A DNA stretch of 63,699 nt, the filler included, from Octopus bimaculoides (lineage: Eukaryota): NCBI RefSeq assembly GCF_001194135.2. It is 7 parts of 7 records of this genome, joined end to end, with 100 filler letters (N's around TTAATTAATTAA, not from the genome) between each part and the next. Parts side by side here need not be neighbours in the genome. Positions count along the whole stretch, not along the records: positions 51,321 to 58,037 come from NC_068982.1; positions 58,138 to 63,699 come from NC_068986.1; 5 more parts are not named here. One strand, given 5' to 3'. Below are positions 51,395-63,699 of this stretch, piece by piece. How positions within the stretch are numbered: the stretch's first letter is position 1; the number at the start of each line of letters is the position of its first letter. The position numbers and the translations under genes are program-made. The notes beneath the pieces were generated by a model. The model made no database searches, was not told where the DNA came from, and was given only the letters and a program-made list of their open reading frames with translations.

Positions 51395-51686
51395 ATATAA
51401 GAAAAGGACATGACAAAGGAACAAACGATTATCTTATGAAATGCATTAGTTAACAGCTGTTTCTTCTATATGTTGCCGTGAGGTCATAGTTGAGTGTCCA
51501 AGTAACAACCTATAACAGAAACAGCCGTTAGCTAATGAGTTTCATACGATAATCGATTATTCCTTTGTCATCTCACTTTTTTTTTATTACCGCTCTGTAC
51601 TCGTCTAATACGTCGTTCTGAAGCGTACGTATATTGAGTTCTACACCAGGTTATTAGTCTCGCAATGCCTAAGCGAAATATGTATG

Positions 51687-51725
<39 letters not shown>

Positions 51726-51802
51726 ATATACAAACAATATATGAGTATATACATACATACATACATACATACACACACGTGTATATATTTTCGTAAATTC
51801 TC

Positions 51803-51834
<32 letters not shown>

Positions 51835-52490
51835 NNNNNNNNNNNNNNNNNNNNNNNNNNNNNNNNNNNNNNNNNNNNNNNNNNNNNNNNNNNNNNNNNN
51901 NNNNNNNNNNNNNNNNNNNNNNNNNNNNNNNNNNNNNNNNNNNNNNNNNNNNNNNNNNNNNNNNNNNNNNNNNNNNNNNNNNNNNNNNNNNNNNNNNNNN
52001 NNNNNNNNNNNNNNNNNNNNNNNNNNNNNNNNNNNNNNNNNNNNNNNNNNNNNNNNNNNNNNNNNNNNNNNNNNNNNNNNNNNNNNNNNNNNNNNNNNNN
52101 NNNNNNNNNNNNNNNNNNNNNNNNNNNNNNNNNNNNNNNNNNNNNNNNNNNNNNNNNNNNNNNNNNNNNNNNNNNNNNNNNNNNNNNNNNNNNNNNNNNN
52201 NNNNNNNNNNNNNNNNNNNNNNNNNNNNNNNNNNNNNNNNNNNNNNNNNNNNNNNNNNNNNNNNNNNNNNNNNNNNNNNNNNNNNNNNNNNNNNNNNNNN
52301 NNNNNNNNNNNNNNNNNNNNNNNNNNNNNNNNNNNNNNNNNNNNNNNNNNNNNNNNNNNNNNNNNNNNNNNNNNNNNNNNNNNNNNNNNNNNNNNNNNNN
52401 NNNNNNNNNNNNNNNNNNNNNNNNNNNNNNNNNNNNNNNNNNNNNNNNNNATATATATACATATATATATATATACATACACACATATAT

Positions 52491-53436
52491 AAATAATCAA
52501 TATAAGGCTTAAATTATTAAAACAGAGTTCAATAAATTTCAGCAAATAAATGAAATGAAGCAGATTAGATGTTAATCCAAGAAAATTGTTTCTGACGAAA
52601 AAAGACCGAAATTTCCATAAAGAGAACATCACAAAGGTCGAATTTGTACTCTTTGGTAGGTGAGATTTAAAAGAAAATAAACAGAATGACGTTTAAAATA
52701 TACATTGAATTTTTTCTTAGTTATCATTATTATATTGGTATTAGTATATTCATTCTTCCACTCACGATAATTTGAATTAAGACTAAAACATTTAAAGGAC
52801 TTGGTTGTTTAAATATCTAATAGTTACTTCGTGACTTCCTCACTATGAAATCCAATAAATATCTATTTGAAAAACTCTCCAAAGAAAATACTGGTTAAGA
52901 TATATGTACATGTACATTCAGAAATACCAAATAAGGAGCTCTATGTTATTTCAGTTCCATATTCAAAATTTTCTTAACCGTCATCTATCATAAGTAAATT
53001 GGAAGTTAGAATTACCAAGTGAGATTGATTAATAGTTTATAGAATTTTTTTTTTTTATTTAAGTATTTTAGAAAAGTCAAGAATCGATAGACAATATAGG
53101 TGTTATATGTTGCATTAATTATCTAAAAACAGCTAGATAGATTTAAAAGAATGAAGCTTACGAAATACATACAAACTCCTGTAAAGATATATTTAAAGGG
53201 GACCACTTACATGATTGTCGTAAAATGTAATAAAAGTAATACTGAGTTATACTTCGTACAGAAAAAAAAAACAAATTAAAAAAAAAACAAATAAAAATTC
53301 TTCGATATATAATTGTTTACGGCGAAAAAATATGAAATAAAAGGATAATCCATTTTAACTTCTAATTTGCTTCATTTCATTTATTTGATGAAATTTATTG
53401 AACTTTGTCTTATAAATTGTCTGATATTGATTATTT
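52491..53436. mobile_element. AT-rich element with ~90-bp imperfect terminal inverted repeats
   Basis: aaataatcaatat..gttcaataaatttca.caaataaatgaaatgaagca.attaga and its reverse complement at 53350-53436. Confidence 0.7.
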
Positions 53437-53588
53437 CTTTTACATACATTCATACCTATACGATTTAAAAATTCGTAAATAACGTATGATGAAAAGGCAT
53501 TAGAAATCTATTGAAAAAATTCATATTAAAGGACGAAGATATATTCATCCGGATAAATACATATATTCCTTCATATACATACATACAA

Positions 53589-53640
<52 letters not shown>

Positions 53641-53699
53641 ACACACATATATATATATATATATACACATATACATATATGTAGGTGTGTGTGTATATA

Positions 53700-53735
<36 letters not shown>

Positions 53736-53900
53736 TGTATGCATGTATGTATGTATGCATGTATGCAAAATGCCATTTATTTGAGAAAACAGAATTACAT
53801 TTGTTCAATATACAGAGATGGCTTTACCGATGTACATAAAAACCGTATGTCTAAAAGGCAATTAGAATTACTAGCAGAAAAAGTAAGAAAAACACTCGCA

Positions 53901-53981
<81 letters not shown>

Positions 53982-54333
53982 GTGTGTGTATGTGTGTGTG
54001 TGTGTATATATATATATATACATGTATGTGTATATATGTGTGTGTATGTGTAAATATATGCATATGTATGTACATATATATTTGTCTGTATGTGAATGTG
54101 TGTGCGTGAGTGTGTGGGGTGTGTATGTGTTTGTGTAAATATATATATGTGTATATATATATATATATAATTATAATAAGGTCGATGAATAATTACGACG
54201 CCTGCCTGTAATTATTCATCATTCATATTATGATTTTAATATAAATTAACCATTATGGTATTATTGGTATGGTGGCCATTGATAAGTCATTAAATAATGA
54301 TTTATCCTAATTATGTATACGCACACATACACA

Positions 54334-54404
<71 letters not shown>

Positions 54405-54689
54405 GCATACACACATAGCGAAGTTATATCCAAAACTTTATAGTGCAGGGAAGCGAACCCAGGATTTACCTATCGGATGTAATACATTGGGGTTACTTAC
54501 CTCAAATAAACCTAGTTTCTCCTTACCACTTAGATGCGGCTAGCCATAACTTGGATTATAATTGAGTGCTTGAACGGTACCCGTCTGGATGTACTATCCC
54601 TATCTATTCACAGTATATATGTACGTATACATACATGCATGCATACATACATACATACATACATACATACATACATACACGCACGCACG

Positions 54690-54763
<74 letters not shown>

Positions 54764-55051
54764 TGTGTGTGTTTGTGTGTCTGTAATTTAAATGGGAAAG
54801 GAGAAGTCAAATTGACAATTCAATTGTTTCTGTATTTTGTTCTGTATTTTGACTATATTCTCGGTTTCATATTCAAAGATATTGTTGTAGATCACAGACT
54901 TTATTTTGATCTACTCTGAAACCATTTTATTTAGATTAATCCTCTTAAAACTTACAGGAGATACCAAGTGAAATCTTTCAGGATTCGGTCTATTTACATA
55001 TTGTAACACACCTAAATGAACTCATCCCAAAACATTCATTTGGTTAAATCA

Positions 55052-55202
55052 TGACATCTGACGAAGCCAATGAACTATAGGATTAACGTTACATATTTCC
55101 ATATATTATGGCATTTATTACATAACATTGTATGAATTGAATAACATTATACGAGATATGGAATAGAAATATAGACCGCTTACGGAAACAATTGTAATGG
55201 CA
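55052..55202 (+). ncRNA. hammerhead-like motif with long, decayed stem II
   Basis: tgacat-CTGACGA-[~120 nt incl. ttccatat/atatggaa, ctata/tatag]-GAAA-C-aatt-GTA-atggca; palindrome ACAATTGT. Confidence 0.55.
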
Positions 55203-55439
55203 ATTTGACTTCTCCTTTCCACATTTAAATTATCACTTTGATTACTCACTCTGTGGGGCTTATATGAGGCACTACGCAACTCCAAAGTAAGCTTCGTATA
55301 AGCTCTACTCTTACCTTGGAGTTGTGTTGTACTCCCCTTTGTAGCAATCGAAATTTCATGGATCGAGTTTGAAATACTACGCTGATCAGAATCAAATGAG
55401 ACGATAGCCATGAATATAATTGTTCCCTCAATTCCCCCA

Positions 55440-55481
<42 letters not shown>

Positions 55482-55823
55482 GTGTGTGTATGCATAGATA
55501 CTGTATTATAAGTTAAGATGAAACATTGACAAAGGAAGACAAATATCAATTAAAGTCTCATATTTATGATAGTTCTGTTGAGAGTGTTTTCGAACTTTCA
55601 GGATGCCTGGGTTTTAAAGCTGTACGAGAAAAGAAAGCAAAACTTTGTCGTCATTGTCAATAAAACAGTATACATATATATATATATATATATGTATTCA
55701 TTTGAAATGCAGAGACACCTATAATAGGACATCTACTCGCTAGAAATAGCAGCAAAAATACTACATACCACAAAAGTTAGGGATAATTTCGAAAGGAAAT
55801 GAAAAATAAAAACTTTTACCAAT

Positions 55824-56679
55824 CTGTAAACTTCGGGACTCCAGCTGTTACATTAGACATACTAGTACAACAGTCGAGGACGCATGGCCTAGTGTTTAGG
55901 GCTACACTCACGATATATATATATATAATAATATTAGGGACAATATTATTATATCATTATATTCTTATATTATATTATATTATTATATATTATATATTAT
56001 TATATTATATTATATTATTGATGAGTTCATGAACCTTGGTTCTTTTCCCTAAAACTNNNNNNNNNNNNNNNNNNNNNNNNNNNNNNNNNNNNNNNNNNNN
56101 NNNNNNNNNNNNNNNNNNNNNNNNNNNNNNNNNNNNNNNNNNNNNNNNNNNNNNNNNNNNNNNNNNNNNNNNNNNNNNNNNNNNNNNNNNNNNNNNNNNN
56201 NNNNNNNNNNNNNNNNNNNNNNNNNNNNNNNNNNNNNNNNNNNNNNNNNNNNNNNNNNNNNNNNNNNNNNNNNNNNNNNNNNNNNNNNNNNNNNNNNNNN
56301 NNNNNNNNNATAATACATAGTCTATTGACTGTTTCTTTACTCTCGCTGGACCACTGGTGGTAAATAAAATTTCTAAAATTTTCTTTGCTACCCTATAATT
56401 TATTAATATATATATATGTATATATATATATATAAATATATAGTTTTAGGGAAAAGAACCAAGGTTCATGAACTCATCAATAATATAATATAATATAATA
56501 ATATATAATATATAATAATATAATATAATATAAGAATATAAGGATATAATAATATTGTCCCTAATATTATATATATATATATATATATATCGTGAGTGTA
56601 GCCCTAAACACTAGGCCATGCGTCCTGGACTGTTGTACTAGTATGTCTTATGTAACAGCTGGAGTCCCGAAGTTTACAG
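55824..56679. repeat. long inverted repeat (55824-56056 / 56442-56679) around a gap
   Basis: ~235-bp arms nearly identical, including the (TA)n and TATTA tracts. Confidence 0.9.
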
Positions 56680-56954
56680 CTTTCACTTTTACTTTCGTGT
56701 TTACGTGCCTGAGGTGTGTTATTGAGACAGAAATTTTTGGTTTAGGTATTTCTGTAGTATAATATTAGTTTAAGTTTATGGTGGAATGCAACGAATTTTG
56801 CGTTGTTTTATGCGGTTTTCTGACTATCTATTCGTCACTCCGTTAATTTTGTTATGTATTAAGATTTATATACTAAATGTTATATGTTAAATTCAAATTA
56901 CGATAAACGTAAACAAACAAACGAAGTTTGCTTTTAGAACTGTTGAGATGTCTA

Positions 56955-57095
56955 AGAAAGTTAAAGAAGTGATTTTTAAATTTTCAAACGTAGGATTTTT
57001 TGCCGCCAACCCTTTTTTTCTGCTTATCCTGTTCAGGCTATATTATTAGCATTATCCTGCGTTTGAAAATTTAAAAATCACTTCTTTAACTTTCT
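56955..57095. repeat. short palindrome/MITE (~42-bp arms)
   Basis: agaaagttaaagaagtgatttttaaattttcaaacg / cgtttgaaaatttaaaaatcacttctttaactttct. Confidence 0.85.
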
Positions 57096-57445
57096 AAATG
57101 TTATATGTTTTACTTTCTTGCATTATTATTGGTCGTATTCTATAATATATTTATTATAGTTGTTTCTGTATTCTTCAGGATTTCGGTTTACTAGTCTGTT
57201 AGAATATTTGCTGTTTTTTTTCTGTTTTTTTTTTAAAGATCTTCCAGCATGGCCTTTGTCTTTTTCTTTTACTTAGTTCAATCTTTAAACTTCTACCATG
57301 CTGGAGCACCACCTTGTTGGGTTTTAGAGGAACAAATTGACCAGAGTACCAATTTCTAAAGTTAAGTACTTATTCTATCGAGCTTTTTATCGAACCGCTA
57401 TACTATGTGCTCAAAAAGAAATCAACACCAGTTGTTAAGCAGTGG

Positions 57446-57554
<109 letters not shown>

Positions 57555-58000
57555 TGAAGCAGTCTTCCTTCAATTTCTGTCTACGAAATCGACTCACCGG
57601 GAGTTATAGTAGATGATACTTGCCAAGGGTGCTGCACAGAGGGATTGGACCCAAAGCCACATGGTTGAGATGCAAACTCCTTACACGCAGCCATGCCTGC
57701 ACCTACATGATGAAATTATCGTCCACAAACATGATGTTTAACGTAGGTTTATGTCTTAATGCCATTTTTTTTTTGCATTATGCACAAGTCAAATGGCACA
57801 AACCATGGCTGCTCCATGAAATGCTTATGTAAGTTGCACTGGGGGCATTGGACAGCACAGTTTGCGTGTAGAGGTCAACGATTATTATTACTTCAGTATG
57901 TTTGTTGGTAACGTATATGACATTACTCTTCAGTGTAAGTATATACTTTCGTTATGTACGCATTTATGTGAGTGTGTATGTATGCATATAAGAATATTTT

Positions 58001-58037
<37 letters not shown>

Positions 58038-58137
58038 NNNNNNNNNNNNNNNNNNNNNNNNNNNNNNNNNNNNNNNNNNNNTTAATTAATTAANNNNNNN
58101 NNNNNNNNNNNNNNNNNNNNNNNNNNNNNNNNNNNNN
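58038..58137. other. artificial scaffold join
   Basis: N44-TTAATTAATTAA-N44. Confidence 0.95.
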
Positions 58138-59563
58138 CATCATGTTGCAAGCAGTGTGTCCAACTTGGTGGTGCATTAGAGCAACTGCACTGAAATGAGC
58201 AGAAAACAATTATAAGAATATTCAAAATTTTTTGCTTAACCTTCTTAATGACTCATCGTTAAGAGCAACAACAAAGGCTACTGTTAAAGGGCTGCTAAAA
58301 CAATCTGGCAAAGCTTCCACTTTGTTCAGCATTAAAATCGCTGGGGATATATTTGGGGTATGTGAGCCAGTGGCACGTAGCTTACAGCGTCCAGGCACGA
58401 CAGCCGGTGATTGCTTGAAATTGATTGAAAAGTTGAAAACCTCTCTTTCAAAAATGAGGAGTGAGAAGCTTTTTGAAAAATATTTTGATGAAGTATCCTC
58501 TTCTGACTTGGTAAAAATACCCAACATTTCGCGATCTAAAAATACACCACTGCGCTTTAGGCACACAACAACTACTGAAGAAGTTGCTCTTTCTGTCACC
58601 GATGACTGGCGTCGGCAATTTTTCTCTATAGTGGCTGTCATCGAAAATGAATTGTCTCGCTGGTTTCAGCAACAGGGAATACGTGTATGCTCTGAGCGAG
58701 TGGAGTTGCTGTTGTCAGCAGTCGATTGTGGAGTATTTAACTTTGAAAATGCACATCTACCTGCTTCTTTTGATTTGCTCTTACTGTCATCTCAAATCAA
58801 ACTTTAGAAAACTGTTACAGTTTTCTAAAGTTTTTCTGGAATAAGTGAATAGCATCAGATTCAACGGGAAAAATTACACCAATATATCAAATTTGAAAAT
58901 TTTCGCTTAATTTTAAAATTTCAAAAGGTGAAATCAAGCAGAAAAGATCCTAATATTTAAAAATGAACTTCATTTGGTCACATTCTNNNNNNNNNNAGCT
59001 CAGAAGGCAAATGACGAGATGCACAGATTCGCGCTACTTGCTGTAAAAGGAACGGGGTTATCCATGTAATACAAAAAGAAAATTGCAGGTAAGTTGAATA
59101 TAAAAGTGAAAAATAATCATTGAATAGTGAAAAAACATTCATCTCCCCTAACATTAAGCCCTAACTCTAAACCTAACCCTAACCCTAAACCCTAATCATA
59201 ATCCCTAATCCTTAATAAAATATGGGAAAAGCTGGAGATAAATGTTTTGAAAACATTCTGAACTATCTTTCAGAATGGTTTACTTTTCAATGAAATATCA
59301 TTTTGTTATTTTTCATGTTTTTATTCAATTTATCTGCAATTTTCTTCTTGTATTAGATGGATAACCCATCCTCCATTTACAGCAAGTAACGAGCGTCTCG
59401 TTTTTTACCTGAGTGCTAAATTCGACTACTTAAGACTAACGCGTGCGCATGCGCAAATTTGTGACATGCACACTCCCAGAACTTGGATCCACACTTCTCC
59501 AGTAGTGCCAAATTTTGGAACTGAGTTTGCACCCACTAAGCAAATTTTGTTCCCGGGCCACTG
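58138..59563 (+). mobile_element. hAT (Tip100/ZMYM1-like) transposon 3' part
   Basis: ORF 58232-58807 ..TTKATVKGLLKQ..IFGVCEPVARSLQ..DCLKLIEKLKTSLSKMRSEKLFEKYF..ELSRWF resembles hAT transposase. Putative TIR end cccgggccactg at 59552-59563. Confidence 0.65.
59032..59392. mobile_element. inverted-repeat element with central (CCCTAA)-like tract
   Basis: ~85-bp imperfect arms gctacttgctgtaaa..gggttatccat.taataca; core cctaaccctaaccctaaaccctaa. Confidence 0.8.
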
Positions 59564-59900
59564 TAGGGAGAAACGTCTGTATACCATGTCTGACTTCTTT
59601 ATTAATGAGAAGAGAAGAAAGAGAGTACAAAACCTTAAGTACAAAGCCTTAAATCGAATGAATACAGGTAGTTTAATCAGTAATTTTCAAACTGACAAAT
59701 GCCATCTTCATCCTATCCTGCCAAAATATTAGGGAGAAACGTCTGTATACCATGTCTGACTTCTTTATTAATGAGAAGAGAAGAAAGAGAGTACAAAACC
59801 TTAAGTACAAAGCCTTAAATCGAATGAGTACAGTTAGTTTAATCAGTAATTTTCAAACTGACAAATGCCATCTTCATCCTACCTTGTGAAAATATTAGGG
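59564..59900. repeat. 166-bp direct tandem duplication
   Basis: tagggagaaacg at 59564 and 59730; taggg at 59896. Confidence 0.95.
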
Positions 59901-60525
59901 AAAAAATTCTGCATTCTGTGACTGTTTTCTTTAACAGTGAGAAGACAAAAAAAGGAATTTGCGTTCATATTAGTCTTATTTATTCACCATGATGATGGGA
60001 CAAGTTTAAAAGTTTAAAACCATGGTCGTGTTGATGAGAAGCTTGTTTCCCAACCACATGGTTTAATGTTCAGTCCCACCATGTGGCACCTTGGACAAGT
60101 GCCTTCTAATACAGCTGAGGGCCAGCCAAAACCATATAATGGTTGTAAATGAGCATCACCATCATAGAAGCAATGTTCCTTTCTAGTTTCCCATAGATAA
60201 ACATGTCTGTCCATGGGTCCAATATTACTTTGCTTGGAAATGAATGAGAGAAAGGGGACCCGGGCAAGAGGAAATCTGCCTCAGCTAATTCCATCTGACT
60301 CTTGTAAGCATGATGATGATGGTTTCAAATGTTGGCACAAGGCCAGCATTTTTGTGGGAGGCGGTAAGTTGATTACATCGACCCCAGTACTCAACTGGTA
60401 CTTATTTTATTGACCCCCATAGGCTGAAAGGCAAAGTTAACCTCAGTTGACCCAGAATATGAAGAGAGACAAACTGCTAGCAAGCATTTAGCCCTGCATG
60501 ATAATGATTCTGCCAGGTTGTTGCC

Positions 60526-60527
<2 letters not shown>

Positions 60528-60585
<58 letters not shown>

Positions 60586-60595
60586 GTAATAATCC

Positions 60596-60675
<80 letters not shown>

Positions 60676-60692
60676 GATAATAATAATAGTAA
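60528..60692. repeat. (AAT)n microsatellite
   Basis: Direct reading of the sequence. Confidence 0.99.
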
Positions 60693-60745
60693 TAACTTAC
60701 AATGAGATAACTACCTTATAACTTATAGTGTAATAAATTACTTAC

Positions 60746-60852
60746 TTTCTTGTTATACTCTATATCATTTCTAAATCCCGTTAAAGATTGATTTAGTAAA
60801 ATACAATAGCTTAAAATCAAATTACAAAGGTCTCTATGTGTCTTTAGTTGTC
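60746..60852 (-). CDS. candidate internal exon, unidentified protein
   Basis: Strong polypyrimidine-tag acceptor and AAA|gtaagt donor; open frame GQLKTHRDLCNLILSYCILLNQSLTGFRNDIEYNKK. No family recognised. Confidence 0.3.
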
Positions 60853-61110
60853 CTAACAAAGCACAAAACAATAAACACAGCAAGATGTAAAGCAAACATT
60901 GATTAGATATCACTCTTACCATCTGAGAGACTTGTGTCACCAGGACAATGGAATTAAATAACTTACAACTTTTCTCTTTTGATGTCCTTTTCTCAACATT
61001 GCTCAAGTAGGCTGAACGCACACAAATACATACATACAAACATATATATATATATATATACATATATATGTATGTGTGTGTGTATATATATATATATATG
61101 TGTACATATG

Positions 61111-61145
<35 letters not shown>

Positions 61146-62221
61146 NNNNNNNNNNNNNNNNNNNNNNNNNNNNNNNNNNNNNNNNNNNNNNNNNNNNNNN
61201 NNNNNNNNNNNNNNNNNNNNNNNNNNNNNNNNNNNNNNNNNNNNNNNNNNNNNNNNNNNNNNNNNNNNNNNNNNNNNNNNNNNNNNNNNNNNNNNNNNNN
61301 NNNNNNNNNNNNNNNNNNNNNNNNNNNNNNNNNNNNNNNNNNNNNNNNNNNNNNNNNNNNNNNNNNNNNNNNNNNNNNNNNNNNNNNNNNNNNNNNNNNN
61401 NNNNNNNNNNNNNNNNNNNNNNNNNNNNNNNNNNNNNNNNNNNNNNNNNNNNNNNNNNNNNNNNNNNNNNNNNNNNNNNNNNNNNNNNNNNTATATATAT
61501 ATATATATATATATATATCTTGCATTCTATGTGGCATTGAAATGTCAGATGTTGGCATTAGCGACTACAGTAAAATCAGTGTGTATGTCTTAAAGTGCCA
61601 TGAAAATGTGACAATAGCTGTTTGGTTGGTTTGTTGCAGTTGTTGTTTAGCCCCAGGTCAAGCCTGATTGAGAGCAGCTCTTTGATGAGACACATTCCAG
61701 CAGTGACCATCCTGTCTTTTTATAATCTTTAATTCATTATTTTTATTACTAGTTTCAGTTATTGGACTACCATTTTGGTCAGGCACTGCCTTCAGGTGTA
61801 AAGTGAATCATATTGACCCCAAGGACTTGTTGCAGTCTGGTACCAAGTTTATCACTCTCTCTCTTTCTTTCTCTCTTTATCAATGCAACATAAAAGAACA
61901 TAGCTTAAATACTTAAATAACAACAGCCATAAACAAAAGGCATGAACACAGCAATGCATTCAGACACTCTCTCTCTTTCTCACTTTCACTCTATATATCT
62001 CTCTCTCACACACACATATATGCACACACACACACACACACTTAGATATGCATATATATATATGTAGGAGCAGGCTTCGCTGTGTGGTAAGAAGTTTGAT
62101 TCCCAATCACATGGTTCTGGTTTCAATTCTCCCTGTGTACCACCTTTGTCTTGTGCTATAGGATCAGATCAATCAAAACCTTTTGACTGGATTTAGTAGG
62201 CAGAAACTAAATGAAACCTGT

Positions 62222-62263
<42 letters not shown>

Positions 62264-62567
62264 CATATGTATGCCTCTGTCATGTTAACTTAGAAGGTGA
62301 ATGTTAAACGATGATGATGTGGCTGTCTCCTTGCCTTGACATTATGTTATAGTTGTATATGAATGTCACCATCATGCAAGAAGTGTCTTCATTCCAAAGT
62401 TTCCATGGAAACATCTGGTTATAGGAAAGTTTTACCTTACTTGACAACAGAAATCTGCATCTGGCTGTAGAAAATCTGCCTCAACAAAATTCCATTCAAC
62501 CATGTGAGCATGGAAAAGTGGATATAAAAACGATGATGACAATGATACATGCATATATATATATATA

Positions 62568-63330
62568 CAGTGGGTCACCCAAAAGAAACTAGAATTTTGC
62601 AATATTATTTTATTCCCTTAGTTTCACACGTTTACACTTCTATCGCCTTCAAAGTATTCTCCATTTGAAGCAATGCATCAGTCCAAGCATGTTTTCCACT
62701 GTTCGAATGAGTGCTGGAGTTCTTGCAAAGTTATGCTTTTCAACGCCTCTGTTGCTTTTTTCTTCACCTCTTCCACATCTGCAAATTCCATAGCACCAGC
62801 TTTTGTTACTAGTGATGACCTTCATAAAAAGGTCCAGACCAACTTTTATTGTTTCAGTTCACAACACGCATTGAGTCATGACTGCTTTTGATCTTCTGTG
62901 AGCATTCGAGGTACGAATTTTGCTGCAACTCTTTTCATTCACAATTCCTCACTCAAAATTCGTTGGCAGGAGCACCAGAACACACCAGTCATATCAACAA
63001 GTTTGTCAATTGCTCAGTGATGATCCTCCTAGATCAGTTCATGAATTTTCACGATGTTTTCATTCCTTCAGAAGATCAACAGTCGTCTTGAACAAGGTTG
63101 GTCTTCAAGTGACAAGTGACCATTCCTAAAGCATGGAAATCACTTGTAAACTTATGTTTTGCTCATGGCAATATCTTTGCAAGCTGTTTGAAGCGTGACA
63201 ACTGTTTCAGCTGCCGTTTATCTCAGCAGAAAACAGAATTTCATGGAAACATGCTGTTCCTTCATTTCAGCCATTGCAAAAATTGACAAACAGGGGAGAA
63301 GCACTGCAAAACAAGGACACACAACATGGC
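62568..63330 (-). mobile_element. internally deleted mariner remnant
   Basis: rc FADVEEVKKKATEALKSI..SFEQWK..CIASNGEYFEGD; TA-flanked terminus at 62566-62568; decayed N-terminal part at 62890-63230. Confidence 0.8.
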
Positions 63331-63699
63331 AATATGACTCTACTGATGCCTGAGGGTCACATTAAGTGGCTTCTAGTGACAGAAGCCTGAACTACAATGG
63401 GTTTGTCCCAAAGAGAACGTTTCCAGTTACTTTTGGGCACCTCGTATATAAATGTAATACAGTAGTTTTCCTTGAAGTTGAAGAAAACTTCACAAACTGT
63501 TACTCAGAGTTTCACATAATCAATCATAGTCCTTCCAAATACTTGTAACTGCCTGGTAATCAGTCATTTGAAACTCTGAGTAACCATTTGTGAAGTTTTC
63601 TCAGCTACAATAAAATGCCATTTTACTCCACTGTTGATATTTAAGCACTGTGTTTTCTGTCATATTTTCTACCTAAGTATTCACATGTATGTATGTATA

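Noticed and set aside
52585-52630. CTGACGA...GAAA motif
   Set aside because: No stem II pairing and weak stem I; indistinguishable from chance.
59445-59460. GCGCATGCGC (NRF1-like) motif as a promoter
   Set aside because: Lies in the subterminal region of a probable hAT element; no gene start nearby. The similar motif at ~17640 is VPS13 coding sequence.

Overview
AT-rich, microsatellite-dense metazoan genomic DNA. The SINE families and repeat profile suggest an octopus/cephalopod draft assembly (inference). Six artificial 100-bp scaffold joins (N44-TTAATTAATTAA-N44) split the window into seven blocks that need not be truly adjacent. Host genes are sparse: four in-phase minus-strand exons of a VPS13(A/C)-like C-terminus (17589-20220) confined to one 3.3-kb block, one PSI-domain exon (10527-10714), and an intronless, decayed eIF2-beta retrocopy (33674-34325). 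The rest is mostly transposon debris: Penelope/GIY-YIG, RTE, R4/NeSL-type, CR1 and L1/Tx1 LINEs, mariner, hAT, Helitron, MITE-like palindromes and SINEs. Two observations stand out. First, at least 7-8 dispersed minimal type-I hammerhead-ribozyme motifs from several sequence families, mostly with self-complementary stem III, only one clearly tied to a Penelope ORF. Second, an RTE LINE whose 5' half is inverted relative to its 3' half in twin-priming geometry. All assignments come from manual reading and recalled protein motifs; no searches or folding were run.
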